A DNA stretch of 32,000 nt from Cereibacter sphaeroides 2.4.1 (GTDB lineage Bacteria > Pseudomonadota > Alphaproteobacteria > Rhodobacterales > Rhodobacteraceae). The translations under genes were made by a program, and so were the position numbers. Every line of letters starts with the position of its first letter. Positions within the stretch are counted from its first letter, which is position 1. The stretch covers positions 60,001 to 92,000 of the forward strand of contig NC_007489.1 of the NCBI RefSeq assembly GCF_000012905.2, in the 5' to 3' direction. This document shows positions 9,830-16,433 of the stretch, in pieces. The notes under the pieces are model-generated. The model was not told the origin of the DNA, did not search any database, and was given only the letters and a program-made list of their open reading frames with translations.

Positions 9830-10071
9830 ACCAGAGCATCAACGTCAAGGGGAGCCAGCGCCGCGACCTTCTCGGTTACGCAATAGCCCGCCTGCCGCCC
9901 GATCTTGCGCAAATAGCCGGCGGCGGCCATCAGTGTCTCGAGCGAGCGCACGACGGTCAGCCCGATCTGCTCCGCGAGATACTGGACCCGCACGACAGCG
10001 GCCCGGTTCATTAGTTCGAGGATCTGCAGGGTCCGCTTGACAGAACGGACGGTCTTAGGAGCGGCGGTCAT
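9830..10071 (-). pseudogene. IclR-family regulator, N-terminal HTH only (truncated by the IS fragment)
   Basis: VRSVKRTLQILELMNRAAVVRVQYLAEQIGLTVVRSLETLMAAAGYLRKIGRQAGYCVTEKV matches the IclR winged-HTH pattern. The effector domain is absent, and the rest of the 174-aa track ORF is read-through into IS-derived sequence. Confidence 0.6.
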
Positions 10072-10336
10072 GTGGCCTTCGGTTCCCGGATCCAGAGAGA
10101 CTGTGCAGCCCCAGAGGGTCCGCGTTCGAGCCCACGCCCAAGGTCATCGAAGAGATTGCACGGACACTGTCTGATAGTCTCACCGAATCCGACCAGCGGC
10201 AACGCGAGGTATCGTAAGACGCTACAGCCGATCGCTGAGTGTGCCGCGAAAACACGAGCCATGGGTTCGTGCATGGCGCACCAGCCATGTCGGCTCCTCA
10301 TCCGCGCCACTTCTGTGCTTGTGGTGGGACGGTCTC

Positions 10337-11047
10337 TTAGCTCGCCGCTACTATCTCGCAGCGCGTATCTGAGCCAAAGCAGGCTTGAAGCGGATGCTCG
10401 AGCTCGCGCCTCAGATGCGTCTCAAGATATTGCGCCGCGAACCGCGACGGCGCGCACACGGTCACCACGCCCCGTTCGGCTCGTACCAGCGACAGGCGTG
10501 CATACCACGATGCGAAATGGGCTGGGTTCGCGTCTTCCAGCATCTGCATCATCCGCGCCCACGGGCTTGATGCGCCGCGCAAGCCGCTCGAAAAATCCAC
10601 ATGGACCACATGTGCATCCGGGCATGGCGGTGGAACCTGCCGATGCGGCGTGAGCTCGTGGCGGGCCGCCATGCGGAGGGCGAAGTCGGATCCGACCTTG
10701 CCCCACTCTTCCTGGGTTGCTGCATAGATCGCGGGAAGATCAAGGGCATAGACAGCCACCCTGCCCTTCACGCCCCGGACCTTCAGCACGAGGAAGCCCG
10801 TATCGATCAGGCGACGGGTCTCGCGTTTCGCGGTGCGCTCGTCCACGGACCAAAGCGCGGCCATTTCGCGTTGACCTATGGCCATCTCCCCGCGCGCCCA
10901 GTTGTAGCGGGCCGTGACAAGTGCCACCAGTCGAAGGATCGACGTCTGCAGAGTGCCACTCGATGACAACCCCTTAACTGCCAGAGCGGTAAGAATGTCG
11001 TATTTCTCGGCACCTGCTCCAGGGCCTGCAAGTCGCGCATTCTGCAT
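10337..11047 (-). CDS. candidate plasmid replication initiator (winged-helix-like N part, DnaA-N-terminal-like C part)
   Basis: GAGG lies 8 nt upstream of the ATG. The gene is solitary and divergent from parAB, the layout known for Rhodobacteraceae RepA/RepB/DnaA-like replicons. The C-terminal W..M...L......F.SWY..L.LV......V.V.AP.RF...YLE.HL resembles the DnaA N-terminal domain pattern. The family call is from memory. Confidence 0.55.
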   Translation of the reverse strand: MQNARLAGPGAGAEKYDILTALAVKGLSSSGTLQTSILRLVALVTARYNWARGEMAIGQREMAALWSVDERTAKRETRRLIDTGFLVLKVRGVKGRVAVYALDLPAIYAATQEEWGKVGSDFALRMAARHELTPHRQVPPPCPDAHVVHVDFSSGLRGASSPWARMMQMLEDANPAHFASWYARLSLVRAERGVVTVCAPSRFAAQYLETHLRRELEHPLQACFGSDTRCEIVAAS

Positions 11048-11095
11048 TCTAAGCCTCTACTGCCCGATCAGCTTGAACCGCCGATTCCTGTGAGA

Positions 11096-11354
11096 GGCAG
11101 TGTGGCAGCCTCCCGTTTTTTGTCAAATGGTTTCGGAAGACGGGATTTGCCCGCCCTTCACGAAAAATGGTGATTTCTGGTATAAAAGGTATTGGGGGAC
11201 ATCCAGGGCGCCACCGAATGAGGGGGGCTTTGTCACCGTTTCGCCCCAAGAACGTGTCTTCGTGTCACCTGAACGCCGGGGGACGTGTGGCAGAGAGGTG
11301 TACTTCGGACCCGCACTTTCAAAAACGCGATTTTGGCAGATTAGCATTTGGCAG
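11096..11354. repeat. TGGCAG-core repeats in the rep-parA divergent spacer (candidate iterons or operators), with an A+T-rich stretch
   Basis: GGCAGTGTGGCAG lies at 11096-11108 and GTGTGGCAG at 11285-11293. TTTGGCAG occurs at 11332-11339 and again at 11347-11354, 15 bp apart. An A+T-rich run, gaaaaatggtgatttctggtataaaaggtatt, lies around 11161-11195. Confidence 0.35.
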
Positions 11355-11407
11355 CTTTCGGTTTTCGCGCTATTGAACGCCACGAGTTAAATTACGCGAG
11401 AAACAAA

Positions 11408-12715
11408 ATGCGTGACTTCAGCTACCTTCAGGACATGAACGAGCGGAGCCTGGCGCAGCAGGCCGCTGTGCGCAAGGCGACCTTCTCGCCGTCCGAGACC
11501 AAGCAGCTGCGACCCTTCTCCATCTGGGAAATCTCGAGCTTCATGTTCGACGTGCCCGCAGACACGCTGCGCAAGAAGCTCGCGGAGGACCCTTCGTTGC
11601 CGCAGGGCGTGGTTGAGGAGGAAGGCCGCCAGAGATGGTTCACTCTGGCCGAGATCAACGAGCTCCGCCGACGGGTCCGGTTTCGCGGGAAGAAGTTGTT
11701 GCCGGAGCGTCCGAAGGGGCGCGCGTTGCGCGTGGCCGTCTCCAACTTCAAGGGCGGCGTGGGCAAGACGGTGGTGGCGCAGCATCTTGCCAACGCGGCC
11801 GCGCTCGATGGCTACCGCGTGCTGGTGGTAGATTTCGACCCGCAGGCGACGCTGACACACTCGATGGGGTTGGTCGAGGTAAAGGAATGGGACACGGTCT
11901 GGGGCATCATGTGCCGCGACCTCTGCAAGGAGGCCGACCGGATCATGGAGGCCTATGATGACCCGGCAGACTGCCCCTACCCGGCCGCCGACGAACTGCC
12001 CAAAGATGTCCAGGAAATCGGCACCATGCGCGTGCAGGATTTCATCCAGCGCACGGCTTGGTCGACGATCGACATCATTCCGTCCTGCGCCAATGCGGCC
12101 TTCGTCGAGTTTGCCTCCGCGCAATACCGCTCGCTGCATAAGGCCTGGTCCTTCTTCGGCTGCGTCGCGCGTTATCTCGACGAGCTGCCCGAGGACCAGT
12201 ATGATCTCGTGATCTTCGACTGCCCGCCAGCCATCGGCTATCAGTCGCTGAACGCAGCCTTTGCGGCGGACGTGCTCTATATTCCCTCCGGTCCCGGCTA
12301 TTGGGAATATGACTCGACGACCTCGTTCCTCGGGCAGCTAGGCGACGCGCTGCAGGAGATCTCGGATGGCTTCGAACGGATCGCGGCGGATGCCGGAATC
12401 CAGCTCCCTAAGCGGTTCGTCGATATCCGTGTGCTGATGACCCGGTTCGAGGTTGCAAACCCACTGCATGTGGCAATGCTCCAGGCGTTTCGAAATGTGT
12501 TCGGGGCCGACGTCTGCCAGCACCCGATCGAGATGACCCGGGCCGTGGAGCAGTCCGGCCGGTTCCAGATGTCGGTCTATGAGCAGGACTACCGCGAGAT
12601 GACCCGCGAGACTTGGAAGCGGGCGCGGCAGTCTTTCGACAACGCCTATGCCGAGTTCAAGGAGACGATCCTGAAGGCATGGAAGGAACGCAACGAGATG
12701 CGGGAGGTGGCGTGA
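11408..12715 (+). CDS. parA: ParA/RepA-type partition ATPase with N-terminal extension
   Basis: Deviant Walker A SNFKGGVGKTV, then VLVVDFDPQATLT and VIFDCPPA. The size of about 435 aa and the N-terminal extension resemble repABC RepA-type ParA. The preferred start is the ATG at 11408; the track start at 11348 adds 20 aa of AT-rich leader. Confidence 0.9.
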   Translation: MRDFSYLQDMNERSLAQQAAVRKATFSPSETKQLRPFSIWEISSFMFDVPADTLRKKLAEDPSLPQGVVEEEGRQRWFTLAEINELRRRVRFRGKKLLPERPKGRALRVAVSNFKGGVGKTVVAQHLANAAALDGYRVLVVDFDPQATLTHSMGLVEVKEWDTVWGIMCRDLCKEADRIMEAYDDPADCPYPAADELPKDVQEIGTMRVQDFIQRTAWSTIDIIPSCANAAFVEFASAQYRSLHKAWSFFGCVARYLDELPEDQYDLVIFDCPPAIGYQSLNAAFAADVLYIPSGPGYWEYDSTTSFLGQLGDALQEISDGFERIAADAGIQLPKRFVDIRVLMTRFEVANPLHVAMLQAFRNVFGADVCQHPIEMTRAVEQSGRFQMSVYEQDYREMTRETWKRARQSFDNAYAEFKETILKAWKERNEMREVA

Positions 12716-13767
12716 TGGTCAAGGGGAACAGGTTCGGGATCGGTCCTGTCGAGACGCCGACAACCGGGACCCGGCGCAGCCGCGATCTGGGTCCGATGGG
12801 TGTGGCCGTGCGAGAGAGCGCCGCGAGTGCGCAGGAAGCGAGCGATGCGCTGGTCGAGCAGCGGAGGCAAAATGCCGCCGATGCGCGGGAGTTCCGCGCC
12901 GCGCGCGACGAGGGCAGGGTGCTCGTTCGGCTGCCGGTGGGCGAGATCGAGGTGGACCAGCTTCCTCGTGATCGGCTCGACCTCGAGGGCATTGCTGAAA
13001 GCGACGATATGGAGGAGCTCAAGGCCTCGATCCGCGAGCGCGGCCAGCGCGAACCCATCGAGGTCTACCTCTCGAACTCGGGGCGCTATCAGCTCAAGAA
13101 GGGATGGCGCCGTCTCACTGCGCTGCGCCAGCTTCATGCGGAGAGTCAGGATGAGCGGTTCGCCTGCGCCATCGCGCGCGTCACGACGCCGGATGCCGAC
13201 CGCGCGGATCTCTATGTCGACATGGTGGAAGAGAACGTAATCCGCCAGGACCTGAGCTTCGCCGAGATGGCGCAGATCGCCTTGGCGCTGGCGGCCGATC
13301 CGCAGGCGGGGGTGGGCGATCCCGATGCCGCCGTGGCAAGGCTCTACCGCTCGCTCCACAAGGTGAAGCGCTCCTACATCCGGTCCTTCGTGGCTTTGAT
13401 GGCGGCCGTAGGCGAGGATCTCCCGTTTCCCAAGGCGGTTCCGCGGGACCTCGGGGTGGATGTCGCGCGGAAGCTCGGCGACGGGCTGGAGATTCCGCGG
13501 AGCCGTCTCGCGGCTTGTGCCTCTGTGGAGGAGCAGAACGATCTGCTGCGAGGGCTCGTCCAAGGGGCCGCACGCCCGGTGGATGTCCGGGCTGCGGCGG
13601 CGCCGACGGCACGCCAGAAGTACGAGTTCCGGGTGGGCGACACGAAGGTTACCGCCCGGAACGGTGAATTCCGCATCCGTGCCGCCTGCGACTATTCCGG
13701 CATCGAGCGTACGGTGCTCGAGAGGGCGGTCCGTGCTTTTCAGGATGCGCTGTCCCGCAAGGAGTGA
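12715..13767 (+). CDS. parB: ParB/RepB-type partition protein
   Basis: The ATG overlaps the parA TGA (TGATG), with GGGAGG upstream. The ParB-box-like region reads LPRDRLDLEGIA..DDMEELKASIRERGQREPIEVY..GRYQLKKGWRRLTALRQL, followed by an HTH region. Confidence 0.88.
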   Translation: MVKGNRFGIGPVETPTTGTRRSRDLGPMGVAVRESAASAQEASDALVEQRRQNAADAREFRAARDEGRVLVRLPVGEIEVDQLPRDRLDLEGIAESDDMEELKASIRERGQREPIEVYLSNSGRYQLKKGWRRLTALRQLHAESQDERFACAIARVTTPDADRADLYVDMVEENVIRQDLSFAEMAQIALALAADPQAGVGDPDAAVARLYRSLHKVKRSYIRSFVALMAAVGEDLPFPKAVPRDLGVDVARKLGDGLEIPRSRLAACASVEEQNDLLRGLVQGAARPVDVRAAAAPTARQKYEFRVGDTKVTARNGEFRIRAACDYSGIERTVLERAVRAFQDALSRKE

Positions 13768-13776
13768 GGCGGCGCA

Positions 13777-13816
13777 GTTACCGGTCGGTAACTGCGGCTG
13801 GTTACCGGCCGGTAAC
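13777..13816. other. parS: two parS-like 16-bp palindromes (candidate centromere)
   Basis: GTTACCGGTCGGTAAC (13777-13792) has one central mismatch. GTTACCGGCCGGTAAC (13801-13816) is a perfect palindrome. They are 8 bp apart and begin 10 nt after the parB stop. The second fits the repABC-type parS consensus GTTNNCNGCNGNNAAC as I recall it. Confidence 0.7.
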
Positions 13817-14175
13817 TGTTTCACGCTGTCAGGGCGGAGTCCGGGCAGGCGAAACTCCGATGTGCACCGTGCCATCAGGGGCGGCTGAGGTAACAGATTA
13901 CGTGCGGCGACCTTGTTGTTGAAATTTCCCAGTGCATGGTTGGCGACCGGAACGCCGACGACCTCCGGCGAGGGCGCCGCGCTTCAACGGCTGACCTCCC
14001 GCGGTAGCAGGTCGTAGGCCCAGAGGAACCTCTGGTCGTCGCGCGATGATCGTGGCCAGCGCCTTGATTGCGTGTTGCACCACGCTGTGGAGCGAGGACA
14101 TGCAGGATGGCCTGCTGTCCAAGGCACGCTTCGGATCGCGAACCCCTTTGCGTAAAGGGTGGGTGTCTGCCATGC

Positions 14176-15060
14176 CTACCCGAGCATCCCCAGCCTTTCG
14201 GCGCGCTCCAGCAGCATTTTCACGGATGACGGCTGCCAGTTGGTCCTCCCACGTGGTGTACGCTCGCGCATAGCTTCCAGCCGGGCGCAGATGTCCTGCA
14301 GCGTGATCTTCGGGTCTGCGCCCTTTATGGCGGCGACTATGGCTGGCAGTCGGTCGTCGGTTTCGCGTCGGCCGGCGCGGGCCAGCACGGCTGTGGGAAG
14401 CAAACCGTCGCGGACATAGGCGTTGACGGCGCGCAGGAGCCGGGTCTGGGTCCAGCGGCGGGCTTGGGGCAGTGGGGCGTTGATGATGCGCAGTACGTCT
14501 TCCCAGGCCATGTCGGGGCGCAGGCGGCGGACGTGGGGCACCCAGTCCTGCGCTGTCTGGTTCAGGCGCTCCATGTAGCCGTCCTGTCGCGCGAGGCGGA
14601 TCTTGCGCAGCGCTGCCGGATCGCGGGCGCGCAGGCCCGGGTTGCCGCCGATCCGGCCTTCGGTGCGGGCGCTGGCGAGGCCTGCCTTCGTGCGCTCGCG
14701 GATCAGGGCACGCTCGAACTCGGCCGTGGCGCCGAGGACCTGGAGGGTGAACTTGCCCTGGGGCGAGGCGGTGTCGATCGGGTCGGTCAGCGAGCGGAAG
14801 AAGGCGCCCTTCGCCTCCAGCCGCTCGATCACTTCCAGCAAATGCGAGAGCGAGCGCGCGAGGCGGTCGATGCGGACGACGACGAGGGTATCGCCGCGGC
14901 CGATGCGCTCGAGCACCCGCGTCAGCACGGGGCGGGCACGGTTTCCGCCGGAGGCCTGTTCCTGGTGGATCTCGCTGCAGCCTGCGGCCTTGAGGGCCTG
15001 GGACTGGGGCAGGGGGGTCTGGTCCTCGGTGGAGACGCGGGCGTAGCCGATGAGGGGCAT
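14176..15060 (-). CDS. serine recombinase (resolvase/invertase family, long C-terminal extension)
   Basis: MPLIGYARVSTEDQ carries Ser10 (nt 15031-15033). Also present are GDTLVVVRIDRLARS, FRSLTDPIDT and LGATAEFERALIRERT, followed by about 150 aa of HTH-like C-terminal region. Confidence 0.9.
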   Translation of the reverse strand: MPLIGYARVSTEDQTPLPQSQALKAAGCSEIHQEQASGGNRARPVLTRVLERIGRGDTLVVVRIDRLARSLSHLLEVIERLEAKGAFFRSLTDPIDTASPQGKFTLQVLGATAEFERALIRERTKAGLASARTEGRIGGNPGLRARDPAALRKIRLARQDGYMERLNQTAQDWVPHVRRLRPDMAWEDVLRIINAPLPQARRWTQTRLLRAVNAYVRDGLLPTAVLARAGRRETDDRLPAIVAAIKGADPKITLQDICARLEAMRERTPRGRTNWQPSSVKMLLERAERLGMLG

Positions 15061-15340
15061 GGGGGGGGTGGTTTCCAGTTTCGGATGCTGCGAGTAAACG
15101 ACCGTTTATAAACAGATGCAATGGTGCTCGCTTGAGCGCTGCTGAGCAGAAAGCCATTTGTTGACTGACGTTAAGCACGATCAGAGGGGGTTTCAGACCG
15201 TCGCGCATGTGCATAAAACAGAATGCGGAAAGCTGGCTGGAAGAAGTGGTGGGTAAAGCGCATATGCGCTGTATTTTGCGCGTAAAAGAACTAACTATCT
15301 GTTTTTAAATTTATAATTTAGGCCGTCTTTTCTGACGTTG
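15061..15340. promoter_or_regulatory. AT-rich resolvase upstream region with palindromes (candidate res/promoter region) and a G8 tract
   Basis: G8 lies at 15061-15068, directly abutting the resolvase ATG. TAAACGaccGTTTATAAAC forms overlapping palindromes at 15095-15113. AGCGCATATGCGCT is a perfect 14-bp palindrome at 15257-15270. TAAATTtatAATTTA lies at 15306-15320. CTGACGTT is repeated at 15165 and 15332. Confidence 0.3.
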
Positions 15341-15772
15341 AACAGGCTGAGGGGGTGGCCAAGGTCGATCAGGGATCCTGCGAAGGCTGAACGAAAGGGA
15401 GCCCGGCGATCCAGAGATAGGGCGGCGCGCCCTCGGTCGGTCGCGCAGACAGTCATCCATCACTCATGCGCCTGAAAACTCGCACTCTGAGAGGTTTACA
15501 GCCAAGGCTCTATTCGCCGTGTGCAACTTGCCCGCTGCGTGTACACATGACAATCAATCCCGTACGAATGCATGGGCGACCGGATCGCGTCGGTGTTCTA
15601 CGCACGAAGGCTATCGGAAATTCTCATGAACATGTCGCACATCCTGCAGCACGACGAACTTGCGCCTTCCCTTCGCAGGAGGGGTCGCGGGCGGGTCGCA
15701 ATCAGCAAGCCCGCTTCCTGTCCGCTGGGTCGTGGATCGGCAAGCTTGCAGCCCGACCCGTGCAAGCGCGTG

Positions 15773-16366
15773 ATGCCCCTTTCCCGCGATCTTCGCGAGA
15801 AGACGGGCATGCTCCACAACCGGGCCGAAACGCTCCTCGGCTTGCCAAGCGGCATCATGGGCTGGGCCGATTACGTGGATTGGCTTCGGCATTTTCTAGC
15901 CTTGTACGATCCGATCGAACGTAGGATTGTGGCCTTTGGAGGCTGGAGCGGGTTGGCATCCTTCGACCCTGACCCGGGCCATTCGCGGCGCCTGATCCAG
16001 GATCTGCACGCCCTTGGCATCGACACCGACCGCATCCCGCGAGCACCGGCCGAATACTGCCCGCCGCTCACGAACTTCGCCCGGGCGCTCGGCGCCCGCT
16101 ATGTGCTCGAGGGCTCTGCGCTTGGCGGCAGGGTCATCCTGCATCATCTGAAGAAGCGCATCGGCGACGAAATCGGGAATGCGACTGCCTTCTTTGGCGG
16201 CCCGTCCCACGGGACCGCGACGCACTGGCGTGCCTTCCAGGCTGCGCTGGACCGGTTCGGTGCGGCACATCCCGACAAGAGGGCGGATGTGCTGGCCGGC
16301 GCCGCCGCGACCTTCACGGCGCTCCTCGAATGGTTCACCCCTTTTGTGGCAGCCCGGCGGGTATGA
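15773..16366 (+). CDS. bphO: heme oxygenase (biliverdin-producing, BphO-type)
   Basis: MPLSRDLREKTGMLHNRAE.. matches the LR..T...H..aE start of heme oxygenases, and ARYVLEGSALGG is also present. The gene lies immediately upstream of the bacteriophytochrome. The track ORF start at 15572 adds 67 Arg/Gly-rich residues that are unlikely to be real. Confidence 0.85.
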   Translation: MPLSRDLREKTGMLHNRAETLLGLPSGIMGWADYVDWLRHFLALYDPIERRIVAFGGWSGLASFDPDPGHSRRLIQDLHALGIDTDRIPRAPAEYCPPLTNFARALGARYVLEGSALGGRVILHHLKKRIGDEIGNATAFFGGPSHGTATHWRAFQAALDRFGAAHPDKRADVLAGAAATFTALLEWFTPFVAARRV

Positions 16367-16433
16367 CCGCCCTCCGCCGCCATGCAGGTCTTTGCCGCAC
16401 GTTTGCCAGAACTTCGTTGTGCGGGGGTGCCTC

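Noticed and set aside
10068-10310. 80-aa minus-strand ORF whose TGA overlaps the IclR ATG (ATGA)
   Set aside because: Third-position G+C is weak, no SD is present and no family is recognised. The overlap alone is insufficient, although it could be a real small gene or another remnant.
11332-11354. Possible sigma-54 promoter because of TGGCA motifs upstream of parA
   Set aside because: The spacing does not fit GG-N10-GC, and no TTGC element lies at the -12 position. The motifs are better treated as direct repeats.
13817-14175. About 360 nt between parS and the resolvase stop with interrupted minus-strand frames (MADTHPLRKG.., ..LWAYDLLPREV.., ..VVGVPVANHALGNFNNKVAA)
   Set aside because: It looks like a frameshifted gene remnant, but I cannot match it to any family. 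Codon bias is weak, so it is not reported as a feature.
12646-15214. 409-aa and 438-aa minus-strand ORFs over parB and the resolvase region
   Set aside because: The first is antisense to parB. The second is an alternative frame overlapping the resolvase and is extremely Arg/Pro-rich. Neither has family motifs.
15572-15772. 67-codon N-terminal extension of bphO in the ORF track (and the 85-codon extension of bphG from 16179)
   Set aside because: The extensions are Arg/Gly/Pro-rich. They overlap upstream non-coding or coding sequence and precede the canonical heme oxygenase and phytochrome N-termini.
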